The notes beneath the pieces are model-generated. The model saw only the letters and a list, made by a program, of their open reading frames with translations. It had not been told where the DNA came from and made no database searches. DNA of 64,000 nt from Octopus vulgaris. Lineage: Eukaryota. The position numbers and the translations under genes are program-made. Numbering within the stretch: position 1 is the stretch's first letter; every line of letters begins with the position of its first letter. Positions 12,597 to 26,883 of the stretch are shown in pieces. The stretch covers positions 77,562,001 through 77,626,000 of the forward strand of contig OX597824.1 of the NCBI GenBank assembly GCA_951406725.2. The letters are read 5' to 3'.

Positions 12597-13764
12597 TATA
12601 TTGTTATTCTGACATTTTTATTTACAACGTCAAGCTCTCAGCATTTTTCATCACGCATGTTTTTCAACAATACTTCCACTTGGAAAAATTAATTCATGCG
12701 TACAAACCAAAATGTAATTATCTCAAGGTTTACTAAAACAACCATCATTATTAATGACTGCTCAGATTCTATTCTGCTTTAAATAATTTAAATACGCCAT
12801 GATGGAGTGACAGTGTCTCTATTTGCTGATGACAGGAGAGGCGTTACAAAGACATCTTAGAAGGTGACGAATGTCAGGAAAGCGAAAAATGTAAGACGGG
12901 ATGAGAAAGGCAGAGCTAAGTAAAAACAGGAAGCTTGTGATCATGTGACAGCTAGGAGAAAGAAGAAAATAGAGGAGGAAGAAGCAAAAAATGGAGGGAG
13001 AAAAATAGTGTTCGTGTGTATGCGTGTGTACTTTCGCCCCCACACACGTACATATATACATATATATCTACGGTTATTATTTTTAAAATATACATGTTTA
13101 TTATAGACTTCCGGTAACGTATACGAAATGATATACAGTAACCGCGCAACGATATACAGTTAGCGGCTGCATAACTACACATATATGCCCCAACGAATTG
13201 CTTTACTCATAACTGTCAGGAAAAGGAATATTCCTTAATGAAATTTTCTACAAATACACTTCAGGTGATGTAGATTCCAATTATATCTGAATTTATTATG
13301 AAATATAATTTTTCCAAGAAATACGTGACACGTGCCATTAATGTATGTGTATTATTCCATTAATTCATATCTTCATATTAAATTGTGACTTAATCATAAT
13401 CTACACATTCTAAAACTTATTTGTCGAAATTTTCATTTAAATATAATCATTATTCCGAAAGTTATGAGGAAACAAATCCGACTCACGAGAATTTTATGTG
13501 AATACTCTCCCTACATTCCCAAAAAATCTTTTCTTTTACTACAAATTCTGTTATAATTGGGATCTGAAGCGTATTTGTAGAAAATTTCATTAAAATTTGT
13601 TTTTTTCTGGAGGTTAAGACAAAACAAAGTTGGTGGGGTACATACGAGTATATACGCATATTCTTTAACCTATGATTACATTGCCCACATTTTAAGGGAT
13701 ACAACTTGGAGGAAGGGGAAATTAAGCCACCAGACACATACAAAACCATTACCTTATTCTTTCA

Positions 13765-14155
13765 TTCTTTTACTTGTTTCAGTCATTTGACTACTATCTT
13801 GCTGGAGCACCACATTTAGTCGAACAAATCGATCCCAGGAATTATTCTTTGTAAGCCTAGTACTTATTCTATCGGACTCCTTTGCCCGAACCGCTAATGT
13901 AGGGAGACGTAAACACATCAACATCGGTTGTCAAGCGATGTTGGAGAGTCAAACACAGACACACAAACACACACACACACACACATATACATATATACGA
14001 CGGGCTTCTGTCAGTTTCCGTCTACCAAATCCACTCATAAGGCTTTGGTCGACCCGCGGCTATAGTAGAAGACACTCGCCCAAGGTGTCATGCAGTGGGA
14101 CTGAACCCAGAATCATGTGGTTGGTAAGTAAGCTACTTACCACACAGCCACTCCT
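13765..14155 (-). mobile_element. SINE family B, full length
   Basis: Matches the B consensus over its length. Confidence 0.9.
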
Positions 14156-14237
<82 letters not shown>

Positions 14238-14256
14238 CGTGTGTGTGTGTGTGGTG

Positions 14257-14512
14257 TAAACACACCAATATTGGTTGTCAAGTGATATGTATCGGGAAGA
14301 ACACAAACACACAAATATGTGTATATGTGTGTCTGTATGTGTTGAGTATATATTTACGACGGTCTTCTTTCAGTTTCCGTCAACCAAATCCACTCAGAAG
14401 GGTTTGGTGGGCTCGAGGCTAGAGTAGAAGACACTCACCCAAGCTCTACGCAGTGGGACTGAACGCGGGACTAAGCGGTTGGGAACAAGCTTCTTACCAC
14501 ACAGCCACTCCT
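14257..14512 (-). mobile_element. SINE family B, partial and diverged
   Basis: taaacacaccaatattggttgtcaag ... cacacagccactcc. Confidence 0.8.
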
Positions 14513-14827
14513 ACACCTATCTTGTTTAAGTATTTTGACGTTTATTGTAACTTTGGTTATCTCCCTTGTATTTTTCTTTACGTTTTCTTCTTTATGATCG
14601 TCGCTTGTTCAAAGACCATCTGCTTAAAAAAATAAAAACGATCTTGTTCTCAGCTTGAAAAATGGCGGTATAAGTTAATGTTTCAACCAGGAAACTCTGG
14701 GTAGGTGTATTTCATAAGACTTATGTTCTTTTTTTTTTATTTCTTATAACATTATCTTTCCTCTCTTAGCTGATTGAGTGCTATTCTATTTGCTGAAGCC
14801 TTACCACATGATATTCAACTATCTACC

Positions 14828-14898
<71 letters not shown>

Positions 14899-15030
14899 TC
14901 TCTCTCTCTGTCTCTCACTCTGTATATATATATATATAAGTATACATGTTATAAAGTATATACATATATATATAAGTATATATAAATATATATATGTGTG
15001 TGTGTGTGTGAGTATATATATGTATATATA

Positions 15031-15073
<43 letters not shown>

Positions 15074-15088
15074 ATATATATATGTATG

Positions 15089-15138
<50 letters not shown>

Positions 15139-15182
15139 TGGGTGGCAGTGCATTAAGAGATAGTAGATCTATATTGCTGTTC

Positions 15183-15254
<72 letters not shown>

Positions 15255-15360
15255 CTGCTTCAATTTATTTGTACACACACATACACACACACAAGCACAC
15301 ATATGTATATATATGTTTATATATATTTACACACATATATATATATATATATATACATAC

Positions 15361-15391
<31 letters not shown>

Positions 15392-15774
15392 CACACTCAA
15401 GCACAAACACACACATCCTCAGAAGTATATACTCATATACACACACCAACGCATTGATATTTTATTCACAGACACCGTACATTTTTCTCTGCATCTTTCA
15501 TAGTGTTACTACATTTAAACACGCAAGCACACATACGCCCACGCGCACACGGATACGTAATGCAGTAGTGAAAGAAGTTACCACTTACAATTACCACGTT
15601 TCCTATCAAATCCTTTTTGTGAAACTATAGTTTCATTATAAAGAATGACATTAAACTCTGCAATATCTGTTATACAGTGTTTCAAAGCCTGCCAAAAATT
15701 ATCTTCCTTTAAGGCTATTATATATTTTCTAACAATCATTCTTCGGAATATATTCCTGTATCTCTTATCTTATA

Positions 15775-15970
15775 CTTCTTTCAGTCACTGGACTGCGCCC
15801 ATGCTGTGGCACCGCCTTGAAGAGTTTCAGTCGAACGAATTGATTCATGTATGTATAAATTTGTCTGGTACTTATTCGATTGGTCTCTGTTGCTGATCCG
15901 TTCGCAGAGACGTAAGCAAAACAAAAACGGTTTTCAAACGCCTGTTGGGGGACTAACACTTACACAAACA
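15775..15970 (-). mobile_element. SINE family B, diverged 3' half
   Basis: tttcagtcactggactgcgcccatgctgtggcaccgcc... Confidence 0.7.
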
Positions 15971-16802
15971 CATACACACACACACACGTGTGCGTGTGTG
16001 TGTATCTATATATATGTATAATTGAATGCCACGCATCCATTTCCAAGTAAGTTTCCTTCCTCCATCCTTCTTTAATTCCCTTTTTGTCCCTCTCCCTCCT
16101 TCACCATTTTCTATCTCTGTGTGTGTCTCTCTCCCCTCTTTCTCTTTCTCTCTCTTCTTCTCTCCCTCACTCTCTCTCTCTCTCTCTGTCTCTCTCTCTG
16201 TGTCTCGTTGCTCACATGTGACCATCGCCCATCTTTCTTTTCCTTACGTGACCATCTTTCTGTTGTTGCATGGATGTTGAAAAGAGCGGACGTTTTTTTC
16301 TCTCCTAGCTTTTCTCTTTTCAAAAAGATATTTCTCACAGCGTTCACTCTTTTCCTCTCGTTCTGGTCTGACGACCCTCCATGCTTGTTTTTGTTCAGTT
16401 TTCTTGTATATCTCCATTGTCATGATTTTATTCCCAGCTTTGACCCTCCATAAATGGTAATTCAGTTTGTCCCCGATCTGATTCAATAGCGTGATGTTGA
16501 TATACCACAAAAATGGTGAAACATTGGTATCCATCGCACCTGAATGAGATTGGACGCACGTTGTCTCGCCTGTCTATGACATTCATTTTTTTAAACACCC
16601 GGTGCTAAAAGGAGTCCGCACAGCGCGGTGGGGCAGCAAATCGGCGAACAAATAAGACACATACTGCATTGCCTATGTGTGGTCGATAATTTTTACATCA
16701 CTATCGCTGCTTTTAATTCATAATTAAATAAATATATACACACTGCATATATGCGTACATGCATGCATACATGTATTTTTTCTTTTTTTTTTTCTCTTTT
16801 CA

Positions 16803-17037
16803 ATCCTAGCCAGGCTCATGGGCCCGGTTTCCCGGTTTCAATGCCGTACGTGTTCCCCAGCTGGACGGGATGCCAGTCCATCGCAGCGTTACTCATTTTT
16901 GCCAGCTGAGTAGACTGAAGAACCGTGAAACGAAGTGTTATGCTCAAGAACACAACGCGTCGCCCGATCCAGGAATCGAAACCACAATCTTATGATCATG
17001 ATGCGGACACCCTAACCATTAAGCCACATGTCTCCAC
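16803..17037 (-). mobile_element. tRNA-derived SINE family C
   Basis: Reverse complement of the 26454 element; contains gcgatggactggcatcccgtccag (V-domain-like) on the minus strand. Confidence 0.85.
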
Positions 17038-17298
17038 GTATATACATGTATACATATATATATATTTATATATGTATATATATGTATATGTATGTATATA
17101 TATTTATATAAATGAGTTTGGGTGGGGTATATTATCCGGACGGACACCGTTTTAGCTCTCAGTTGAGTTTCAGTTAACGGCTAACCCCTACGATCATTAT
17201 TTAATGTCTGTGACTACAATTAGTTGCTTGTCCGTAAATTCTCCTGATGGGTAACTCTGTGTACGCTTCGCTAGACGATAAAACGGCGAGCTGGTAAG

Positions 17299-17523
17299 GG
17301 CGGCGAGCTGGCAGAAACGTTAGCGCGACGGGCGAAATGTTTCGCGGTATTTCGTCTGTCGTTACGTTCTGAGTTCAAATTCTGTCGAGGTCGACTTTGC
17401 CTTTCATCCTTTCGGGGTCGATAAATAAAGTACCAGTTTCGCTCTGGGTAGATGTAATCGACTTAATCCGTTTGTCTGTCCTTGTTTGTCCTCTCTGTGT
17501 TTAGCCCCTTGTGGGTAGTAAAG

Positions 17524-17528
<5 letters not shown>
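17299..17528 (+). mobile_element. SINE family A
   Basis: Full A consensus; short duplicated head ggcgagctgg just upstream. Confidence 0.9.
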
Positions 17529-17574
<46 letters not shown>

Positions 17575-18154
17575 TGTGAGTATGTGTACGTGTATGTGTT
17601 TGTGTGTGTGCGTGCGTGTGTGTATATATATAAGAAGTATTTCATATTCACGCCTATGGAAAATCATCTCCATTTTGTTACCTTTCTGTGATATGATCTT
17701 ATATTTAAATTTACGACAGGTTGCATTTCTTGCACGACAGGAATTAATCACCTTTAATCTCTTCTGTTACAAAGATCATTGTCCTTAGTCTCAAAATATC
17801 CCTTTCATCGACCTACAATAATTGTATAACTGAGAAGTTCAATTTAATTTAATTTAATTTAATTTGTGTGTGAGTTACATGTAACATGCTTAGCCAATGG
17901 AATAGCTATAATTTCTCGACGCATTCTTCAAATGATTTGAATTTTGTGTGGCTGTTTACATTATTGTCATAATCTTGTCGCCTGAAGGAAAAGAGAATTC
18001 GTGGAAAATCCCTGTAGATTTGTAGAAGGCAGCATCCGCATACTCCGTTGGTCTGATCGTGTGCGCGTGTATAATACATATTTTATATATAGATATAGCA
18101 ATAACAATACGTTGACATATATATGTATATATATATAAATATATATATATACAC

Positions 18155-18209
<55 letters not shown>

Positions 18210-18213
18210 CATG

Positions 18214-18251
<38 letters not shown>

Positions 18252-18286
18252 ATACATATACATATACATACATATATATATATATA

Positions 18287-18322
<36 letters not shown>

Positions 18323-18699
18323 CATATATTTGTACATTTATACACATATATGTATATACGTATTTACATATATATATATATATACATATATACGTATTTA
18401 CACATATATATATACACACACGTACACACACGTATATATATATGTATATATATATACACACATATATGTTTATATATATGTATATATGTATGAGTGTGTG
18501 CGTGTGTGCGTGTGTGTGTGTGTATGTGTGTGCGTGCGCATGAGTGTTCACGCACGTGTGTGTGCGTGGATGTATGTTATATAAGAAGGAAATATTTCGC
18601 AAATTAAAAAAATGATTATGTAACAAATAAATAAATAAATAGTCAGAAATATTCGTGTTGTGTTAAGCGCTTTTCAAACCCACGTGTTTCAAAGTAATC

Positions 18700-19404
18700 T
18701 ATATAGAAGTAGTATTTTTCTTTTAGCGGTGTTGGCTATTTCAGTTTTATTTTTAGAATTAAAATTTTCTATAAAGTATTCTCCTTTTGCCATTCGTAGT
18801 TGGTCATGTTTTTCCTGTATAAGGCGGCGTGTCGGCAGAATCGTTAGCACGCTGGGCGAAATGCTTAGCAGTATTTCGTCCGTCTTTCCGTTCTGAGTTC
18901 AAATTCCGCTGAGATCGACTTGGCCTTTTATCCTTTCGAGGTCGATTAAATAAGTACCAGTTACGCACTGGAGTCGATGTAATCGACTTAATCCCTTTGT
19001 CTGTCCTTGTTTGTCCCCTCTATGTTTAGCCCCTTGTGGGTAATAAAGAAACATATATAGAGGTAGTTTTTTTTTAGCGGTGTTGGGTATTTCAGTTTTA
19101 TCTTTAGAATTAAAATTTTTTATGAAGTATTCTCCTTTTGCCATTCGTAGTTGATCATTTTATTCCTTTATAAGGCGGCGGGTCGGCAGAATCGTTAGCA
19201 CGCCGGGCGAAATGCTTAGCAGTATTTCGTCCGTCTTTACGTTCTGAGTTCAAATTCCGCTGAGATCGACTTGGCCTTTCATCCTTTCGGGGTCGATTAA
19301 ATAAGTACCAGTTACGCACTGGAGTCGATGTAATCGACTTTAATCCCTTTGTCCCTCCTTGTTTGTCCCCTCTGTGTCTAGCCCCTTCTGGGCAATAAAG
19401 AAAT
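18700..19404 (+). repeat. Tandem duplication (~350-bp unit) of unique flank plus SINE A
   Basis: 18700-19052 repeats at 19054-19404; each unit is ~120 bp of flank plus a full SINE A. Confidence 0.92.
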
Positions 19405-19647
19405 AAGAAATAAGATTTTCTTCCTTTATTTAGATCCCTACCCCCACCAAAAAATAAAAAAAATTGTCGGAAATGAGATTATTCTGTATTTTCCATCTTT
19501 ACAAATGTCCTGATTAGTGTTTCTGAACCGTCCTTTACCTATGGCCCCCTTTGATTTCAAATTTTACTCGGATGGACCCTCCTATACGTTTGATGTTTAA
19601 AAAGTCCTATTATGTTTTTACAATTAAATATTATTAGGAATTGTATT

Positions 19648-19871
19648 TACTCTTTTACTTGTTTCAGTCATTTTACTCCGGTCGTGCCGGAGCACCACCT
19701 TTAGTCGAATAACCCGACCTCAGGACTTAGTCTTTGTAAGCCTATTTCTTATTCTAGTACTTATTCTATCGGTATCTTTTTGCCGAACCGTTAGCTGACG
19801 TGGATGTAAACACACCAACATCGGTTTTCAAGCGATATTTGGGAGACAAACACTAACACAAACAACAAACG

Positions 19872-19917
<46 letters not shown>

Positions 19918-20106
19918 CACACACACATATATATATATATATGTATATATACGACGGGTTTCTTTCAGTTTCCGTCTACCAAATTCACTCACAAGGCTTT
20001 GGTCGGCCCGAAGCTATTGTAGAAAACACTTGCCCAAGGTGCCACGCAGGGGGACTGAACCCGAAACCATGTGCTTGGGAAGCAAGCTTCTTACCACACA
20101 GCCACT
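19648..20106 (-). mobile_element. SINE family B, full length
   Basis: Matches the B consensus with an expanded internal (TA)n. Confidence 0.88.
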
Positions 20107-20149
20107 CTATGTATGAAGCATAACTAATTTATTATTCATAAACTTTAAC

Positions 20150-20223
20150 ACCAAAATCTTATATGGAGCCCAAAGACCCATGTGGACCCTAAGGGCTACA
20201 GGAGCCCCGTTTGAGAACCACTG
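20150..20223. mobile_element. hAT-type transposon or MITE terminus (one end only)
   Basis: Ends ttgagaaccactg, reverse of CAGTGGTTCTCAA, a common hAT TIR. Confidence 0.5.
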
Positions 20224-20834
20224 CTTGAGATGGTCACTACGTAGAACCTTTCATATATATTGTATGAACATACACACACAAATACTTGACAAATCACAGA
20301 CCTTTCTATCTATTTGGAACAGAAAAATACACATACAAATATATACACGTACAAACACTCATGCGCAATGACACATTGATTTGTATACGCATCAAGAGCG
20401 CATTCGTTTTCTCTTTATCGTTTTCTTTATACTACAAACATATGAGCGCACACTCACACATACCTACTCACAAAGGGCAGCGTATTTTAAAATATAGTCC
20501 CAATTGATCTTCGAGTAGACCATCCGCAGTTCCTCATCAGTTGCAATGACGATCCTTATCTGCTGCTAGCTCCCCAATCTCTCTGTAAATAGCCCCACCA
20601 TGTACACACGTAGAGATATCGAGATTTATTAATTAGTTATCTTAGCACAAGGCAACGAACCTGCAGCTCAAGTTACACACACACACACACGCACACACGT
20701 ATTCCAGGAAATCAACTTTCGTACGTGCGTCGTGTTCATTTTATCAGATCATGCTAGGATAAAGTTTAAAATCAACTGACCCAACCACGACTTCAAGATT
20801 CTGATTTGAACTCAGCATAACAATATTCGTTTAT

Positions 20835-21220
20835 GTGGAGGCGCAATGGCCCAGTGGTTAGGGCAGCGGACTCGCGGTCATAGGATCGCGGTTTCGATTC
20901 CCAGACCGGGCGTTGTGAGTGTTTATTGAGCGAAAACACCTAAAAGCTCCACGAGGCTCCGGCAGGGGATGATGGTGATCCCTGCTGTACTCTTTCACCA
21001 CAACTTTCTCTCACTCTTACTTCCTGTTTCTGTTGTACCGGTATTTCAAAGGGCCGGCCTTGTCACTCTCTGTGTCACGCTGAATATCCTCGAGAACTAC
21101 GTTAAGGGTGCACGTGTCTGTGGAGTGCTCAGCCACTTACACGTTAATTTCACGAGCAGGCTGTTCCGTTGATTCGGATCAACCGGAACACTCATCGTCG
21201 TAACCGACGGAGTGCTTCCC
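20835..21220 (+). mobile_element. tRNA-derived SINE family D, full length
   Basis: ggaggcgcaatggcccagtggttagggcagcggactcgcggtc..ggtttcgattccc head; 10-bp TSD attcgtttat (20825-20834 / 21221-21230). Confidence 0.92.
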
Positions 21221-21532
21221 ATTCGTTTATAGATATCATCTGCACTATCACGTGTCCTTGTGGATTTTATCATTATACCACATTGATTGGAAATAAAATA
21301 AAAAAGTTCCTATTCAGAATTTAGGGATTTCTTACAACATTTCCGATTTTAGAACTGCAACCAAGCCAGGACAATGATGACGCTAGAGCAATGAAGGTGC
21401 TACGGCAATGATGATGCTTGGGCAATGATGGTGCTAGAGTAATAATGGTTCTTTGGCAATGATAACACCATTTATCAAGTGATATGGCGAACACACATAC
21501 ACACACACACACACACAGAGGTATACATACGT

Positions 21533-21668
<136 letters not shown>

Positions 21669-21891
21669 AACACATAGAGAATCCACTTATAGGGATTCTA
21701 CGCATTAGAAATAACAGCTAAGTTCTATGACCACAAAAAATTCGGGCTAAAATTCTACAGGAATAAATTGGAAATGTAAATTTTAATTGAATGTTTTTAA
21801 TTTTAATTAAATTAATTTCCCTTTGATATGATTAAATACTATATATATATATACATACATACTTACATACACACACACACACACATAAATA

Positions 21892-22208
<317 letters not shown>

Positions 22209-22289
22209 TCACCTGTCTGGTGAGAATTTCTTTCTAGTGGATTACATCGTAGTAAGATGAAAGATATTAAAATCCTGTTGGTACTCGAC

Positions 22290-22650
22290 ATCAAACCTCT
22301 AGCGAACCGCTTCTGTCTATGTGTCCTCTATATGTCTTTTAAAGGTTAAGATGTAGTCCTCTTCAATTTTTTTATATCAGTTTTGTTCCAAGTATCTCAA
22401 TACAGAGTTCGTAAAAACTAGAGCATTTCACGTCTCCATAGCAGTGCCTCGAATTTGGAGGTAGATTTTTTCCATTGAAAAGGAATGTATTGTTTTCAAA
22501 GATGAGGCTGACCGCATCTAGTATGACGGTTACAGTAAATCTACAGGGATTCACTTTTCTATGTTTCTCGACCATTAGGTTTCTCGACCATATGGCAGTA
22601 AGTCCCAAATCATGTGGAATGTTTGTATATATGTTTGTTGCATCAAACTA
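22290..22650 (-). pseudogene. Penelope-like reverse transcriptase fragment
   Basis: Minus strand reads SFDATNIYTNIPHDLGLTAI...DAVSLIFENNTFLFNGK, homologous to SFDVANLYTNIPHDY...LFNNHFLFD at 45846-46193. Confidence 0.75.
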
Positions 22651-22757
22651 ACAGTGAATGGGATTCTGTTGTTTGAATAATACACAATGTATGAAAGCGC
22701 CAATTTTGTTAAAATACCATAAAAAAACGTGAAAACCAGACTGTTTTAACTTTATTC

Positions 22758-22915
22758 AACCTTTTCAATAGTCATTGAGAGTAACGACTATTAAAAAGGT
22801 TGCAAGACGCAACGAAAATTTTAGCAAAAATAAATAAGTAAATGAGTGGAAATTTGACCGGTGAGTGTGTCAAATTATTAAGGCACTAAAAGTGAATGAC
22901 TCTCCCCAGACACAA
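22758..22915 (+). repeat. Unclassified dispersed repeat, copy 2, with terminal hairpin
   Basis: Matches 1248-1382; caaccttttcaatagtc...gactattaaaaaggttg forms a hairpin. Confidence 0.75.
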
Positions 22916-23051
22916 TTAAATATGCTTCAACACACACGAATTCACAGAAAGAATCTTGCAAACCAAATACAAAAACGAAATATATATCCACTGTTTAGAA
23001 AAATAATTATTAATTCACCTTCTCTCGAGGGATTATAAATTCCTCTCACGT

Positions 23052-23098
<47 letters not shown>

Positions 23099-23464
23099 AT
23101 TGCACACACATATACATACGTTTAAATGTACTTATATGTATGTGCACGGTTATTAGTAGCAGGCTTAAAGCATCCACCGACATAAAACCCTCCTAAATTA
23201 ATCTGGTAAAGTTATTGGGGCCTACTTCGATGTAAGCATCTCTTCTTTGTCCATGTTCAAGCTGGGAATTAACCACACTCTCTTCCCCATTCCAGAAAAC
23301 CCCGCAAAGGTCATTGACACTTTGTCTATTCATATCAGACATTTGACAACCTTGCTATTTTGAGTGGTAGCCATATTGTAATTCTAAAACTGAAAATGTT
23401 TGTGACAAACTGTAATCCATTTTATTTACTATTTTTACGATATTTTCGTCAGTATTCCTTTATT

Positions 23465-23940
23465 TCGTTATTCGTCTTCTTCGTTCTTCGTTCTTCGTTC
23501 TTCTTCTTCATCCTTCTTCGTTCTTCGTCGTTCTTCGTTCTTCGTACTTCTTCGTTCTTCGTCCTTCTTCGTGCTTCGTTCTTCTTCTTCTTCTTCTTCT
23601 TCTTCTTCTTCTTCTTCTTCTTCTTCTTCTTCTTCTTCTTCTTCTTCTTCCTCTTTTTCTTGTTCTTCTTCATCCTTCGTCGTTCTTCTTCTTCGTCATC
23701 CTTGTTGTTGTTGTTGTTCTTCTTCTTCTTCTTCTTCTTCTTCTTCTTCTTCTTCTTCTTCTTCTTCTTCTTCTTCTTTTTCTTGTTCTTCTTCGTCCTT
23801 CGTCGTTCTTCTTCGTCATCCTTGTTGTTGTTGTTGTTCTTCTTCTTCTTCTTACTCTTCTTCTTCTTCTTCTTCTTCTTCTTCTTCTTCTTCTTCTTCT
23901 TCTTCTTCACCAGCACCAGCACCATCATCATCGTCATCTT
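23465..23940. repeat. Complex (TTC)n/(TTG)n microsatellite with higher-order duplication
   Basis: cttcgtcgttcttcttcgtcatccttgttgttg block repeated about 120 bp apart. Confidence 0.92.
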
Positions 23941-23974
23941 TTTCTTTGCCTTGTTATTATTCAAATGTTGCTAA

Positions 23975-24097
23975 GGAGGTCGACTTTGCCGTTCATCCCT
24001 TTCGGGGTCGATGAAATAAGCACCAGTTACGCCCTGTGGCCGATGTAATCGACTTAATCCCTTCCCTGAAGCTGCCTTTGTAACAAAAATTTGAAAT
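23975..24097 (+). mobile_element. SINE family A fragment (alternative tail)
   Basis: gaggtcgactttgccgttcatccctttcggggtcgat core. Confidence 0.75.
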
Positions 24098-24120
24098 TAT
24101 CATCATCATCATCATCATCA

Positions 24121-24185
<65 letters not shown>

Positions 24186-24196
24186 GTCATTATTAT

Positions 24197-24396
24197 TATT
24201 TTATGCTTGACTTTTGCTTTGCATTTGTACAAGTTGGCTCCAAGTCTCACCCAGAGATCTCAAGAGACAACAAGTTAGAAGTTCATGTTGGTGTTATGCC
24301 TAGGGTGCCATATATTTGGTTTTCTACGTAGTGTTCTTCTAGAGAATGTTTAAGAAACCATTAGAAAATTATGTTTTAAAATTTGAGATTAACTAG

Positions 24397-24397
<1 letters not shown>
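24197..24397 (-). mobile_element. Short element embedded in (TAA)n, possibly an RLE-LINE 3' UTR relic
   Basis: 200-bp unique insert bounded on both sides by (TTA)n; identity is inferred from context only. Confidence 0.4.
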
Positions 24398-24469
<72 letters not shown>

Positions 24470-24490
24470 TATTATTACTATTATTATTAC

Positions 24491-24558
<68 letters not shown>

Positions 24559-24560
<2 letters not shown>

Positions 24561-25047
24561 GAGTGAGAGAGCAGTGCATGCCATCAAAGTGACACTGGGG
24601 TACAAACATATGAAGCCCAGTATACCCATCATGACTACCCGTCAGATAAGAGTACACCAGGCACATGCATCACAACTATATGTGCGCGACATAGCGATCT
24701 CATATCAAGATCAACAGCGCATGACCTTGCAGGTGGGGCGCAGTCAGAACTTTCTTCAAGTCGAGTAGCCCGTCCCACTCAAATGGTCCTTGAATAAGGG
24801 TTGTTTAAGGATGTTGAATGAAACACCTATGTTTTCAGAAGTGAATTATTCATACTCCAAAGAATTCCTCTCAACACATGGCTATGATGATCCCCCAATA
24901 CTTCTGCTCGTGATCAGAGATGCACATATCGTCAACCACCAAAAGACATGCTCAACTGGTTAAGGTCAAACAGCTGACAAGAAAATCTGTGTTACTGAGC
25001 AGAATATTTGATGCAGCCCATCTTTTGTACCAAGACAAAAGAATGTA
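24559..25047 (-). mobile_element. Non-coding (TAA)n-tailed element, 5'-truncated copy
   Basis: Reverse complement of 60780-61270; abuts (TTA)n. Confidence 0.85.
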
Positions 25048-25048
25048 T

Positions 25049-25080
<32 letters not shown>

Positions 25081-25639
25081 TCCTCATCCTCCTCATCTTC
25101 CTCCTCATCATCATGTATTCGTATTTTCATTACCCTTCCTCCCGCCTCTGCTTTATTTTAGACACTTCATCTCTTCCTTCTTCCATGCCTCTCTTTTTTC
25201 CTCCGCCCATTGTCTTTCTCTCCCTTCCTCTCCTTCCTTCTTCATCAAATTTAAACATTAATTCCCACACATTTATCTGTCAATTTTCAAAGTAGAACAT
25301 CTCTCTGAGACAATTCACTCGTTTTATATTCAATAAATACCAGTTTAATAATATCACAATTTTCTATTATCAGATATCGAAGAAAATGCCAAAAGGTATA
25401 ATTTTTCAATGAACGCTAGTTTTTACATCATAAATATGCAGTATTATTTCCCTCTGATTCTGATGTCCTCTCTCCTTTTCTCTGATTACGTACTGTAGGA
25501 CAAACGTTTAGAAAAAATAGGAAATTTGTGGTCTCGTACGCACACTTGCAAATATATGTTTGTATAAGAGTATGTGTGTGGTGGGGAGAGAGGTGCATAT
25601 ATATGTTCGTGTATGTATATAGATAGATACACAGACAGA

Positions 25640-25706
25640 CAGGATATTGATAGATAGATATACAGATAGATAGAGATAGATATATAGATGTATAGATAGA
25701 TAGATA

Positions 25707-25754
<48 letters not shown>

Positions 25755-25790
25755 TAGATAGATAAACAGACAAACACAATAAATATAAAC

Positions 25791-25856
<66 letters not shown>

Positions 25857-25869
25857 ATAGGTAGGTAGG

Positions 25870-25934
<65 letters not shown>

Positions 25935-25969
25935 GGATGGATGGATAGATAAACAGACAAACAGAATAC

Positions 25970-26049
<80 letters not shown>

Positions 26050-26080
26050 GGATGGATAGATAGACAGACAAACAGAATAC

Positions 26081-26152
<72 letters not shown>

Positions 26153-26210
26153 GGATGGATAGATAGACAGACAAACAGAATATAGATAGATAGACAGATT
26201 GATAGATGAT
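25640..26210. repeat. (GATA)n satellite with ~110-bp higher-order units
   Basis: gatggatggatagat..acagacaaacagaata spacer recurs three times. Confidence 0.92.
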
Positions 26211-26453
26211 TAGGAACAAATAATCGTATGCGTTTGATTTTCTGGCTCTCCAACAATATGAGTTTGTATGTGTGTGTGAATATGTTTGTGTGTGTGCTAG
26301 TGTGAATATGTTTGTTTGTGGGGTGAGGTGCGTGTGTGATATGAGAATTTAACTGAAGAAACGACTGGACAACTTGTTACTATTAGGTTGATTCTATTTT
26401 CAAATATCGCTCAATATATACAAAAACTTAAATGAAAGATAAAACAGACTGTG

Positions 26454-26883
26454 TGGAGGCGCGTGGCTTAGTGGTTAGGATGTCAACAACATGTTCGTCA
26501 GATTGTGGTTTCGATTCCAGGACCGGGCGACGCGTTGTGTTCTTGAGCAAAACACTTCATTTCCCGTTGCTGCAGTCCAACTCAGCTGGGAAAAATGAGT
26601 AACGCTGCGATGGACTGTCGTCCCGTCCAGCTTGGGAACACATACGCCACTGAAACCGGGAAACCGGGCCCATGAGCCAGGCTAGGCTTTAAAAGGGCGC
26701 ATTTTTGTGGAGGCGCGTGGCTTAGTGATTAGGACGTCAGCATCATGGACGTAAGATTGTGGTTTCGATTCCTGGACCGGGCGACGCGTTGTGTTCTTGA
26801 GCAAAACACATACACCATTGAAACCGGGAAACCGGGCCCATGTGCCTGGCTAGGCTTTAAAAGGGCGCATTTATTTATTTTTA
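26454..26883 (+). mobile_element. SINE family C head-to-tail dimer (second unit internally deleted)
   Basis: Two ggaggcgcgtggcttagtg..aaaagggcgcattt units flanked by 13-bp TSD aaaacagactgtg (26441-26453 / 26884-26896). Confidence 0.9.

Noticed and set aside
20837-20910. tRNA-like sequence (also at 26455, 34245 and 39193)
   Set aside because: These are SINE heads that continue into the SINE body, some with TSDs; no proper cloverleaf acceptor stem
23360-24014. Poly-K, poly-F and poly-S ORFs
   Set aside because: (TTC)n microsatellite
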